Positions 12,520 through 24,584 of a stretch of DNA of 64,000 nucleotides are shown in pieces. The notes below the pieces were generated by a model. That model was not told the DNA's origin, ran no database searches, and worked only from the letters and a program-made list of their open reading frames with translations. Numbering within the stretch: position 1 is the first letter of the stretch; the number at the start of each line of letters is the position of its first letter. Both the position numbers and the translations under genes were made by a program. The stretch covers positions 4,464,001 to 4,528,000 of the forward strand of contig NC_073405.1 in the NCBI RefSeq assembly GCF_028641065.1, written 5' to 3'. This stretch comes from Leucoraja erinacea. Taxonomy: Eukaryota.

Positions 12520-13472
12520 GCACAAATAGACTTTAGGAGAGCTCCCCCTCCCCTCCCCCCCACTCACCATCAACAACACCACAGTCACATCTGTGGAGTC
12601 TTTTAAGTTCCTTGGAACCATAATCTCTAAGGACCTGAAGTGGGAGGACTCCATCGACTCCACAGTCATAAAGCCCCAACATAGAAACATAGAAAATAGG
12701 TGCAGGAGTAGGCCATTCGGCCCTTCGAGTCTGCACTGCCATTCAATATGATCATGGCTGGTCATCCAACTCAGTATCCCATCCCTGCCTTCTCTCCATA
12801 CCCCCTGATCCCTTTAGCCACAAGGGCCACATCTAACTCCCTCTTAAATATAGCCAATGAACTGGCCTCAACTACCTTCTGTGGCAGAGAATTCCAACAA
12901 AGGATGTACTTCCTGCGGCAACTGAGAAAACACAATCTGCCACAGGCAATGATGGTCCAATTCTATACTGCCATCGTAGAGTCTGTCCTCACCTACTCCA
13001 TCATGGTCTGGTTTGGCTCAGCCACTAAGCATGACATCTGGAGGCTGCAGCGAATCGTCCAATCAGCTGAGAAGGTTGTTGCCCCCCCCCATTGACAAAC
13101 TGTACACTGCAAGGGTCAGGAAGCGAGCGGATAAGATCATTTCTGACCCCCTCTCACCCTGGCCACAAACTCTTTGAAGTACTTCCCTCTGGAAGGCAAC
13201 TCAGGCCTGTCAAAGCTGCCACAGCCAGACATAAAACAACTTTTTTTCACGAGAAGTAGCTCTACTCAATAACCAAAAGTCCGTAGCCTTCTTGAATTCT
13301 GGTATTTTATTTCATTCACATATTTAAACTAATGTTTTATTATAAATGTTTAATATTTGATGTGTCATTCTTAATTGTTACTGTATGTTGTGTTGATACT
13401 TGCGAGCGGAGCACCAAGGCAAATTCCTTGTATGTGTAAATACTTAGCCAATAAACTTATTCATTCATTCAT
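12520..13472 (+). mobile_element. Rex1/Babar-type LINE 3' fragment interrupted by a CR1 piece
   Basis: VESFKFLGTIISKDLKW...QQRMYFLRQLRK...LPSG; ends in aataaac(ttca)n tail. Confidence 0.85.
12682..12893 (-). mobile_element. CR1/HER1-like 3' end nested in the Rex LINE
   Basis: (tagaaaca)n tail and taggtgcaggagtaggccattcggcccttcgag terminus; flanked by a ccaaca duplication. Confidence 0.85.
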
Positions 13473-15351
13473 GATGAGTAACTAAAGTTTCAAAAATAAG
13501 CCTGGCGGCCAGTCCAGTGTTATTACAATCCAATTACCCTGAAAATACCTAACAAGGGCGGTCTCTGAGCAACTCGATCTGATATCCCCTACAATGTCCT
13601 AAAAGGAATGCATGGGTAATGACTTCATTCTATGCATGCCTGAACATCCCCAGCTATATATTTTTATCATGACTTGATAATATATTGCCAGTTCTTCATT
13701 ATCATTGGGTCCGTCCTGGAGCTCCCTTCCCAGCAGCATTTTGAGAGAACAGTACCGTCACCAGAAGGTTGAAACATTTGTAACAGCTCACCGACCCCTT
13801 TTCAAAGGCAGTTAGTGGTGACCTTGCCATTGATGCCCAGATATCCACAATTTTTTTTTTTTAAACTAGACGGCCTTCTGAACTGCTCTGCCATTATATT
13901 GCTCAATCCACAATTATTCTCATTTACCTGGCATGTTACAACATATTTGGCAAAGGTGTAAATTTAAGTAAAAGGGAAAGATTAAGCTACAGAACAAATA
14001 TGGCACACCCACAGATTGGAATGACTCACTACATTTTATACATTATATTCCGTTCTGCAGAGACATATAATATGATATTAGCGCAATCATTAATACATTA
14101 TTTAGAAAATGTATTACATGAGAAACAACTGCTACCTCAAAACCAACTGCTACTACATCCCCATGTATTTCTTTAATATCCAGAAGTTCATCAACCTCTA
14201 TTTTTAATGCAATCAATGATGCAGTCACCACAGAAATCTGGAGTAGAAAGTTCTGAAGATTCACCATCATTATTCAGCAATGATCCATGTTTGGAGCACT
14301 ATTCCTGTTGTATTTATGTGCCTTAAAGGAATACATTTGTTGCAAATTATGTGAGCTATTATCTGTCCATTAAAACCTTGACTTTTGTCTCCTAACATGG
14401 GGCTGAGTGCCCCCCATCCCCCCTGGACTGTCTCCCTCGGATGGTCACGTCGCACAGACACATATGCACTTTAGTCTGTTGAACTGTTTTGACTGTTTCA
14501 CTGTTCTATTACAATCCATGTACTCTGGATATCAATATCTAAATCCTAATTTTATTAGTTATTTATGATATGACATTGGTTGGAAGTTGCATACCAAATC
14601 TCGTTGCTCTTATGTGCAATGACAATAAAAGATATTATTATTAACAAGCCAATTTTGGATCCAATTTACCAAATTGCTCTAGATCATTGGGCACATTAAT
14701 CTATATATACACTTTTCAATTTAAGGTATGAGGACTAGACTGTTACTCGTATTTTAATTTAAATAGAAAATGCTGGAAACAGTAGGTTAGGTAGCATATG
14801 AGAAAAAATAAATGTTTTAGTAGAAGACCCTTTATCCAACTTCTTCAAAGTTGGCATTACTGGAAAAGAAGTAACAGTAAATTCATACCTTTGTAATTTC
14901 CTTAGTTTAGACAGAACTATCTAATATTCAAACAATGTAAAATGCTACAAGATTATGGTCCCGCTCTCTCATCTTGCTATCACCATCCGGAAGAAGGTAC
15001 AATTAAATTCTTGGAGACGCTAGGAATTGCAGATGCAGGTTTACCAAAAAAAAAGTACAGGAATAACTCAGCAGGTCTGGAGAACATGGATAGATGGGAC
15101 CCTCTTCCTTCAGAGGAAGGAAAGTAGATGGAAGGGGGGAAAGGGGAGAGGAGAAGGTGTAAATCCAGGTAGTGCACTGGGAAGAAGAAAGAAGGGGGAG
15201 GTTGTTAGGAAGTATGTTGCATTAAGTTGTACAATGTACTTTGGCTTGCACTATTATGGTCTGGTTACCTAGTATAACTGATGATTTATTGTTGATTGCA
15301 CATTTATTTGGTGAGGTGATGCATTAATATGCTTGCAAGGCTGCGTTGTTC

Positions 15352-15870
15352 TAGTGAGGCCACATTTAGAGTGTTGTGTTCAGTTCTGGGCACCATGTTA
15401 TAAGGAAAGATGTTGTCAAGCTGGAAAGGGTATAGAAAAGATTTACAAGGATGTTGCCTGAACTAGAGGGTCTGAGCTATAGGGAGAGGTTGAGCAGGCT
15501 GGGACTCTTCCCTGGAGTGCAGGAGGATGAGGGGTGATCTTATAGAGGTGTATAAAATCGTGAGAGGAATAGATCGGTAGATGTACAGTCTCTTGTCCAG
15601 AGAAAGTGAATCGATGACCAGAGCACATAGGTTTAAGGTGAAGGGGAAAATATTTAATAGGAATCTGAGGCTAACTTTTTCACACAAAGGGTGGTGGATG
15701 TATGGAATAAGCTGCCAGGGAAGGTAGTTGAGGCTGACTCTCCCAACGTTTAAGAAACAGCTAGACAGGTACATGTTTGGATGGATAGAGACTAAGCGCA
15801 GGCAGGTGGGACTAGTGTAACTGGGGCATGTTAGCCAGTATGGGTAAGTTGGGCCGAAGGGCCTGTTTCA
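15352..15870 (+). mobile_element. CR1-clade LINE 3' fragment
   Basis: Degenerate LVRPHLE.CVQFW...RRMRGDL coding and gggccgaagggcctgtttc 3' end. Confidence 0.85.
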
Positions 15871-15877
15871 ACATTCA

Positions 15878-16225
15878 TTAATAATAATAATAATAATAAT
15901 ATTTTTATTGTCATTGCACATCAGTGCAACGAGATTTAGTATGCGATGTAAAAGAAAAGTAAAATAAATAAATAAGCTGTGTGACGTGACCATCCGAGGG
16001 AGACGGGAGACAGTCCGGGGGGGTGGGGTGCACTCAGCAGGGCCGGTTCAGAGCCGCTATAGCTCTGGGAATAAAGCTGTTTCTGAGTCTGGAGGTTCGG
16101 GCGTAGAAGGCCTTGTAACGTCTGCCGGAGGGAAGTAGTTCGAACAGACCGTTACAATCAAAGGATCTTTGGTTACAATGGTGTGAGGAGTCTTTATGGA
16201 TGCTGACTGCCTTCCTGAGGCACAT
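15878..16225 (-). mobile_element. Rex1/Babar-type LINE 3' end
   Basis: LFELLPSGRRYKAFYARTSRLRNSFIPRAI; (TTA)n tail at 15878-15900; the same 3' UTR recurs on plus at ~14404-14642. Confidence 0.85.
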
Positions 16226-16399
16226 CAGTAGGAATGGGCAATAAAATGTGTGAAAATAGATGCAGGATGGAATAAAGTGGCATTTTTATTGTTGATATAT
16301 ATATGTGAGATATAAATATAAATATAAAGCACCAAAACGAAGAGTTTTTTTTTTCAAACAGACCATTAGAGAAAACTCATGACATTAAGTGGAGAGCAA

Positions 16400-16491
16400 G
16401 CGCCAAGATGGCGGCTGCGGCTGCGGTTCCACCCGGCCCGGCCGCTAGAGGGCGTAAGCCTCGACGTCCCAGCATCCCGCTTTGCCGCAGT
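16400..16491 (+). promoter_or_regulatory. RPL36 CpG-island promoter
   Basis: Consensus YY1 site CAAGATGGCGGC 16404-16415; CTCF-core-like CCGCTAGAGGGCG 16442-16454; ETS-like CTTCCGG at the presumed start. Confidence 0.7.
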
Positions 16492-16520
16492 CCTTCCGGT
16501 GTGGACGCCATTATCCGCAA
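16492..16520 (+). other. RPL36: probable non-coding exon 1 of RPL36 (pyrimidine/TOP-like start)
   Basis: ccttcc pyrimidine start in a CpG island followed by donor caa|gtaggt; exact TSS and donor (16521 or 16525) are inferred. Confidence 0.55.
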
Positions 16521-16949
16521 GTAGGTGAAGAGATGGATGCGAGTGCGATCGGGTTTTTATCCGCGCCATCCTCCGGCCGGGCGGCTCTTGCTGGGTGGGG
16601 ATGGGGAGAGCAGCCTTGTAGCCGGTGTCTGGGTAGAGTATTGGGTGTATGAGCGATGTATTGGAGCTGTAATTACGGGCGGAGCCGCCGTTGCTTCGTT
16701 CCCCTCTCCCATCTTCAGATCGGTGAAGCAGTCACAGTTCATGACTTTATCTCAGGTCCCCAGACCGTTGCCTGCTCTTCTAGGCACCAGGTGATTTGCC
16801 CCGGGCCTCGGGGACGGCCTTGAGTGCGGGTTCTGCATCTGTCGTGTGTCTCACTCACTCACACTCCAGTAAAACTGCCCCAAACCGCTGGTCGTTGTAC
16901 CCGGGGAGAAGCGGTTAGACAAGTGACCAGCCGCCTCTGTGGTTATAAT

Positions 16950-17310
16950 ATAGAAACATAGAAAATAGGTGCAGGAGTAGAGGCCATTCGGCCCTTCGAG
17001 CCTGCACCGCCATTCAATATGATCATGGCTGATCATCCAACTCAGTTACCCCATCCCTGCCTTCTCTCCATACCCCCTGATCCCTTTAGTCACATCTAAC
17101 TCCCTCTAAAATATAGCCAATGAACTGTGGCCTCAACTACCTTCTGTGGCAGAGAATTCCACAGATTCACCACTCTGTGTAAAAATAGATTTTTTCATCT
17201 GGGTCCTAAAAGACTTCCCTCTTATCCTTAAACTGTGACCACTAGTTCTGGACTTCCCCAACTTCGGGAATAATCTTCCTGCATCTAGCCTGTCCAATCC
17301 CTTAAGACTA
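16950..17310 (-). mobile_element. CR1/HER1-like 3' fragment
   Basis: KGLDRLDAGRLFPKLGKSRTSGHSLRIRGKSF on minus; (tagaaaca)n tail. Confidence 0.85.
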
Positions 17311-17441
17311 GAGATCAATCATGATTGAATGGCAGAGTAGACTCGATGGGCTGAATTCTTCTACTACAAAGACTTGTGTGAAAATGCTGGAGTAACTCAG
17401 CGGGACAGACTGGAGCAAAGGAATAGGGGACTGAAACGTTT

Positions 17442-17479
17442 CAGGTCTGAAGAAGGGTCTCGAACCGAAACGTCACCTG
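17442..17479 (+). ncRNA. minimal type-I hammerhead ribozyme motif inside a Penelope-like palindromic repeat
   Basis: CAGGU-CUGAAGA-A-GGGUCUCGAACC-GAAACGUC-ACCUG: stem I CAGGU/ACCUG is perfect, core intact, stem II weakened, palindromic ACGU stem III. Activity untested. Confidence 0.55.
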
Positions 17480-18661
17480 TTACATGGAGTTGCAGCTGGA
17501 GTGATGCTGTAGAATCTATATAGAGTACCCTCTGACTCCCGTTAGAGCGCCTTCAAGCAATGAATGACATTTCCAAAAGCCAATGTAGTTTTTCAGTGAA
17601 GCTTTACCAAAGGGTCATGAGATCTAAAACAATAACAATGACTTTCTGTCTCAAAATAAAGGCCTTCTAAGAACTGCAATTGTATTTCAAGAGACTAGTG
17701 AATCTATTTTTTAGTTCTGGCAGACCTGAATGCTGAAGTGCCTTAGTTGCTGTATTTTACATGTATTCATAACCCTCTGTGGCAAGATAGTTGTCTGAGA
17801 CTATTGTTCATTGTTCCAAGATTCTCCTGTCAACCAAAATTACCTCTTAGCTCATCTACCATTGTTACCATCTTAAGAGTGTAATGTTTTGATGTTATCT
17901 CCTTATTAAACTTCAGAACATATTGGAGCACCCCTTAAATTGCAGTGGTTTCCTCAGTTTTAGTAATACCAGATAATTAGACAGTACAATGAACAATGAC
18001 ACAAAAAGATTGCATTAATAATGTTCTAAATGTTTAAAATGAAGATTAGAATGTTATTAATTCTGCCATGTTTACTTAAAAGACAATGTTGGCATTTTTG
18101 CTAGTGTGGTTGATGTAGAAAGGTTATTCCATCAGTGTTTTGAATCTTTGAAAAGGGAATGTGAGACATGTAAGCATTTAGAATATTGACTTTATGGGCT
18201 TAATGCTCATTCCATAAATTTGAAAATCATTGTGCATGAAGTTAAATGTAAAAGTGTGAGTTGATATATTTTGATGTGAAGAATGGGAAACTGGTTCATG
18301 CTTGGTACAATTTTAAAATAAGTCTAAGAAGAAATAGACAATTTATGCTTCCATTTTTAAGTTAGGCAGATATGGTTTGGGTCTTAGTTAATTGGAAATA
18401 TATGGAGAGTTTGTATTGCATATTTGCCAGCAAATCAGCTATACATTGATAAAATGGAGAAATGGTTGCTTCCTTATGGCAAGAAGATATTTAAGAGATC
18501 AGACAAGTATTTTAAATCATAGTTTTCTATGTATGTAAACCAACTTCCTTTCATGAAATGTCCAGGACACAGCTAATGTGTCACTAAAATTGATGTAGAA
18601 CTTGTCAGCTTTATGCAATCATTTTTCTTGACTTTAAAAAAATGTCTATTTCTATACAGAA

Positions 18662-18754
18662 ATGGCAATCAGGTATCCTATGGCAGTTGGCCTGCACAAA
18701 GGCCACCCTATCACCAAGAATGAGAGAACCCCAAGGCAGTGTCGCAGACGCGGG
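18662..18754 (+). CDS. RPL36: 60S ribosomal protein L36, coding exon 1 (exon 2)
   Basis: Acceptor tatacag|aaATG; [31 protein letters not shown]; donor GGG|gtgagt. Confidence 0.96.
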
Positions 18755-18832
18755 GTGAGTAACCACTTGTTACAGTAGCTGCATGTTTTATTTCAATGCC
18801 CAATGTTTCACTTGACGGATGTGTTGAGAACT

Positions 18833-19090
18833 GCACAGTGGCACAACGGTAGAGCAGCTGCCATACAACAAAAGATACCCGGGTTCGATCCTGACGGTGG
18901 GTGCTGTCTGTACGGAGTTTGAACGTTCTCCCTGTGGCCGCATGGGTTTTCTCCGGTTTCCTCCCACATTCCACAGGGTTGTAGGTTAATTGGCTTCTGT
19001 AAATTGCCCCTAATGTGTGGGATAGAACCATGTCGGTATTTGTTGGTCGCCGCGGTTTCGGCGGGCCAAAGGGTCTGTTTCCATGCTGTC
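18833..19090 (+). mobile_element. tRNA-derived V-SINE (HE1-like)
   Basis: A box TGGCACAACGG, B box GGTTCGATCC (18882-18891), V-domain-like ggagtttg..gttctcc...ggtttcctcccaca, CR1-like 3' end. Confidence 0.85.
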
Positions 19091-19874
19091 ACAAAATGAC
19101 AGACTAGTCTTATAATAAGGGTCCTCTAAGAACTACATTTGTTTTTTAAGGGGCTAGTGAATCTATGTACAGTACAGTGCTTTATGGTTCTTCCGTTTAC
19201 TCTGATATTTAATTAATTCATGGCTGATGTGAATTTTTTGGATTTGATACCCATTCTTCTGCCTTATCTCTAGTGATTAATTCTGTAGTTCTCCACAACT
19301 GCACTAAGACCAAAGAAGACCTTGCCTTATCTTGCTGTTACTCTCTGCTCAGCCTCCTCGCCGAAGCATCATGAGCCAAAGCCCCACCACTTGCCTTCAC
19401 ATACGACACGCGCTTCAACACAAGCTCTCCCAAAATGGCCGCTCCACTTGTACCTTCTGCATTCTACACCACTTGGCACAGTCAATAGGTTTTAGAAACC
19501 CAGATATAATACATTCAATGGTTTCCCCTTTATCTACCCTGTTAGATACTCTCCGTAAATTAAATATATATTTTAAAGTGGTGCAAAAAACAAACTGCTA
19601 GAGGAACTCAGTGGGCCCAGCAGCATCTGTGGAGGAAATTAGACTGACGTTGTTTTGGGTTGGAACCCTTCAGTTCAAGCAGTTTGCTTCTTGATCATGA
19701 TTCTAGCGTCTGCAGTGTTTTGTCTCTTTAAATGTGGCTTTCCTTTTCATATATCCCAAGATAAAATCATGATCAAAAATGCTGCACAGTCTACCTGTTG
19801 AATTAGCAAGAATATCTCCACTAAAGAGACGTGGGTTTTGGAATTGAATGTGTTCCATGAATTGTCTTTTTCAG

Positions 19875-20009
19875 CGGCTGACCAAGCACACCAAGTTTAT
19901 CCGAGATCTGATCCGTGAGGTCTGCGGTTTTGCCCCTTACGAGAAACGTGCAATGGAATTGCTGAAGGTCTCTAAAGATAAGCGTGCACTCAAATTCATT
20001 AAAAAGAGG
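19875..20009 (+). CDS. RPL36: 60S ribosomal protein L36, exon 3
   Basis: tttcag|[45 protein letters not shown]|gtaagt. Confidence 0.98.
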
Positions 20010-20769
20010 GTAAGTAACAACATACCAAATATTTAATTTTCTGACCTTATGCATAATCTTAAATCTTTATTCCGGTCCTGTTACATATATAACTCTTATC
20101 TGAATATTCCCTTAACCTGTTTCAATGCACTTCATTGGTATCATCAAACATTTCTTGCAATATTTAACCTTTCTGTACTCAGTTAAATTATTCATCAACA
20201 GCTTGCATTTACTATTAAACCTACTAATACTGAAATAAGAAAATATTAAATATACTTTAGTGTCTTTCTATTGCTGACATTCAACAATCTGACGAAAGGC
20301 ACGGTAGCATTCGGAGCAATTTTGGCGTTTGTTTTGTGCTGCATTATTCATAATTCACAAAATAGGAAGTCCCACAGATAGCAACTCGAGTGAATTGTGG
20401 CTGTGAATTACATGTATGTTGCATGCTACGTACGTGTGTGAAATCTGGATAATTTGTGAGGGGTGTTGTTTGAAACTTACCCTAAGAGAACTGCACAGGT
20501 CGAGTTGCCTATGGATAAATTAGGCTTACAAGATGCAGCATTGTTTGTGGGTAAATGTAATGCTGTCAGTACTCAAAACATCAAATATATTACAGATTCT
20601 GGAAGTCTGAAATAAAAGCAGAAAATGTTCAGCAGGCTGGGTAACTAGAGCATTGACCATAATAAGTGGTCATGTTAACTTAAATTGTGTGTTAGAGGAT
20701 CTGGCAGGATGCAGCTTTTGTTCATGTCTGCAGTGTAAACATTCATTGAAATGTGTTCATTCCTTTTAG

Positions 20770-20859
20770 GTTGGGACTCATATTCGGGCCAAGAGGAAGA
20801 GGGAAGAACTCAGCAATGTATTGGCAGCAATGAGAAAGGCAGCAGCAAAGAAAGATTAA
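20770..20859 (+). CDS. RPL36: 60S ribosomal protein L36, last exon
   Basis: ttttag|VGTHIRAKRKREELSNVLAAMRKAAAKKD*; total 31+45+29=105 aa. Confidence 0.98.
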   Translation, partial: VGTHIRAKRKREELSNVLAAMRKAAAKKD

Positions 20860-20878
20860 TCTGTACCAAGTTGTTACC

Positions 20879-20884
20879 AATAAA
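20879..20884 (+). terminator. RPL36 polyadenylation signal
   Basis: AATAAA 20 nt after the stop codon. Confidence 0.85.
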
Positions 20885-22492
20885 ATCCATTTGTAAAGTT
20901 AACTTGTGAATAACCGGCTTTACATTTACAGTTGGACTATTTTTTCATGAAATAATTTATTGTATTTTATGTAGCCTTTTCATATTCATATTACCTTTTA
21001 CAAGTTAATGTGGCCCCTTTAATCTATACAGCTCACCATGTACTCCACCCTAACAAATTCCCCTTTGGATTTCCATAAATTCTAGAACTGTCTACATTCG
21101 GGGCATTCATCAGCAAGACAAGGTTACAATGTGCTCGTACATATAGAAATAAGGAAAGCACAAATGCATTGCTGGATAAATAATACAGAAGAGGGGGTTA
21201 TTCCTAGGACATTTGGATTAACTGGAGGAGGTGGGACCCATAAATACCAGCCCTTGTATGTTAGCGCGGGGACTAGTGACTAGAGGGATGTTTTGCTAGA
21301 AATGGGGCACCGATAGGAGATAAAAATAGACAAATCTAGCCAAGAAATCTTAATAGTATGGGGTAGGTTCAGATAAATCTAGTGTAAACACTACAATCAT
21401 TAAAACAAGGTTTTGTATGCTGCAAATTACAATTAGGTAATAACACCAATTTTTAAAAATTGCACTGGCTACAAGATGTTCAAAAAATAATGGAAGAATA
21501 TGCTGTTGAGAATATAGTATCAAGGACACAATCTGTTCAGTACTGGAACTATTCTGACTTGGGGGGTGGGGAGACAATGATCAGATTTGAGATGCCCAAA
21601 TGCCACAGTGATGGTGGGTGAGATTCCAACTATGCAAATCAGACAATAGAATAGAAGTGAGAAAAGGTTTTTTTTTTAGGATGTTTAAAACGCAATGGGA
21701 TAGGTGGCATAGCTGGAGATGGTTTTAGAAAATGTGCCAAGCCAAGTGGAACAAGAATCAATGGGAGAGGAACTAAGAGGCAACTGGACATTTGGAACAG
21801 CTATGAAAAATACAGTGCAACATTTCAAGTCATAAGTGATAGGAGCAGAATTAGGCCATTCGACCCATCATGTCTACCCGACCATTCAATCATGGCTAAT
21901 TGAGCTCTCCCTCTAGATTCCTCCCAACCCCATTCTCCTGCCTTCTCCCCATGACCCTAGATACGCATGGCCAATGAGATAATGGCTAATATTATTGGGT
22001 TAAAATACTTGTGGGTTTGGGGAAACTAAAATCAAAGCTTGGATTGATCAAAGAGAACTGTATGCAATTGAAGCTCGAGCTCTTGTATGTCCACATTACA
22101 GCACAGCAGGAAATGGTCAGCTTATTAATCAGACTGATTACAGAAACATGTCGGTGAGGAAGGAATGAGGAGACAGGTAAGAAGTGTAGGAATTAAAAAC
22201 AAATCTTTTAGATATGTGAACTTGGGTTTTGAAAGACATCGGGGCAACCAGAAACATAGCAGGAGACCATTGAGTTCTTTGTGTCTACTTTTTCCATGCA
22301 TCAAGATCATAGCTGACATTTCTCATAGCTCTCAGTTCACTTAATACCTAGACCAAAACAAATAGATCACAGTACGGGTGAGGTAATGCTGAGGTCTGTG
22401 GTTGAGATTCTGAATGGGGTAAAAATTAAGAGGCGGTAATGAATAATGCTAATTGTACTTGGCGGGGTTTGATGTCTGAGGTTGTTGACAGT

Positions 22493-22540
<48 letters not shown>
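22493..22540. repeat. poly-G run (48 nt)
   Basis: Uninterrupted G tract; length may be a sequencing artefact. Confidence 0.9.
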
Positions 22541-22541
<1 letters not shown>

Positions 22542-24200
22542 ATGCAGAGGCCTTGGCTATAACCCATTAAACACATGGCATAATGGTACTGAAGTTCAGA
22601 ACATTGGAAATGTTACACCCTAGTTCAAAGGTGCAGAGTCAGACCAAATAACTCACTGCTGAGGTTAAACAGGATAGTTACGTCCCAAAACAACCAGGGA
22701 AAGAATTAGCAGCCAATAGTCCTGCAGGAATTAGAAAATACCAGCATTGATGTGGTTGAGACAAATTTGTCAAGGAAAATGCAGTTAGTGATACAAATAG
22801 AATTCTAAAAAGGTAATATACGCAAAGCTGGGAAGTAATTTGAAAAATATTTAATATGTGTAAACAGAGAGAAACTAAATGACGGACAAGAGGATACAGA
22901 ATAGGGTGATCAAGACAGTTTAAAAAAAGCAGAGAATGGGTCTGGCATGCACTTAGTGAGTAGTGGAAGCACATCCATTTATAATATTCAACAGTGAGAT
23001 GGAGACTATCTGGAAGGAAAGTGCAGATTTTAGTGAGAGGAATTATTTGGATTGTTCTTTAGAACTATACTACAGATGATATGGTTAAAAAGCCTCCTTC
23101 CACCCTGTAACCTGATAGAAGCAGTTTAAAATCAGACAAATTGGTGCAAACCTCCCCTTCCCTAGGCCTTCACCCTGTGGCTTCCAAGACAGAAAGACTC
23201 CTTACTAAATAGAAGTGGCTAAGCTCTAGCATTGGCTTCATCTCAGTGTTTACAATGAGATTCAGCAGCAAAGCTCGTCGATTTTCAATTGACAACTCCA
23301 TAAATCTTTAATTTCACATACCTGGAAATACAAAGTTAATACTTAAGTATAATGACCAGTAATATACTGAAGATCGACCATTAAGACCACAAAATTATTC
23401 ACAAGTTTGTGGTTTAAAACGAAGCACCAAATTCCCCAGCAAAGTATTGTAACAATAGTAGAGGTGTATTATCTTAAAGCTGCCATTATTTACTACTTGA
23501 TAATCATTTCTCCTCGTACGAGTGGAAATCATATTTATCCAGAATACCGACACAAGTTGTTTTTTTTTGCAAAATGAAATAGTTGAACTTACAAATACAA
23601 TTATGGTAGTTGGAGGGAGTGATCGATAAATCAATCCAATTTGCATTCTTCTGAACGATGAAGATAATTTAAAATTAAACAACCATATCTTTAAATTGGA
23701 GGCCAATGAAATTAATGAATGCAAGACAAAGTTAAAGTTACTGAAACAAAATGCCCACAGATTCTAATGTGCCTTATTCTCAGACATAGAAAGATGTCTA
23801 TAAGGTAATTATGTCAATTGTATAGATCAAGCAACATTGCAGAACACTAAAGTGATAGCATCTAAGTAAAAAGTAAAAACGTGTAAACCATTCAGAACGT
23901 TTATATCTGGAATGGATCACATGCCAGACACATTGACTGAAAGGACCAGTGAATATTAAAAACATTTTGATTAGGATATCACATACATGATAGTGCTTTA
24001 CATGAGGCAGCACTATCACAGCTCTTTGCAGATGGGGAACCTTGTTGAAATGTTCTCAACCATCCAGTGATACCAAGATACAAACTTAGCACACATAAGA
24101 GATAATGTGAACCATACCTCATAAATGTGGCTATTGCAACCCGCTGATGCCAATTGCCCCACAATCATTATTTCAAAATTAATGAATAATTCTGGAAACG

Positions 24201-24206
24201 TTTATT
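24201..24206 (-). terminator. probable LONP1 polyadenylation signal
   Basis: tttatt on plus (AATAAA on minus) about 230 nt past the stop codon. Confidence 0.6.
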
Positions 24207-24434
24207 AAATCAAATCTCTTAATAAAATTAATGACATTACAATGCCAAGATTGGTTACAATACTTTAAGTAAAATAACTACATATATCTTCATGCCCAAT
24301 TTGTTTTGCCGTCTTAAGTTCTCCATCAGTGTAATGGGACCAGCACACAACATCTGACTGTATTCCTACAAAGAGGGGCAATTCACAGAAATGTCTTGCA
24401 GTCAGTTCAATCAACTGTTCAATGGTCAGTAATC

Positions 24435-24584
24435 TTATTGATTTGGAAAGACGGTATGGTACAGATCCTGATAATGTTCAGCATAGTGCACCTCCAGTCC
24501 CTCTGTAATGAACTTCGGTAGATCGCAAAAGTCTTTTCTGTTTTCCAATGGCAAAATGATGCAATTTACACCAGCTCGCTTTGC
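24435..24584 (-). CDS. LONP1: Lon protease 1, exon 18 (last)
   Basis: ttttag|[49 protein letters not shown]. Confidence 0.96.
   Translation of the reverse strand, partial: AKRAGVNCIILPLENRKDFCDLPKFITEGLEVHYAEHYQDLYHTVFPNQ

Noticed and set aside
16408-16460. ATGGCGGCTGCG... as the start of a separate protein
   Set aside because: The ATG is part of the YY1 motif in the RPL36 promoter; no supporting downstream exons recognised
18833-18895. tRNA gene (A and B boxes); likewise at 34507, 37904, 40498
   Set aside because: These are SINE heads continuing into the V-domain and LINE-like tail; no cloverleaf or terminator
22367-22576. Poly-proline ORF and poly-G as a functional element
   Set aside because: Translation of a homopolymer whose length may be a sequencing artefact
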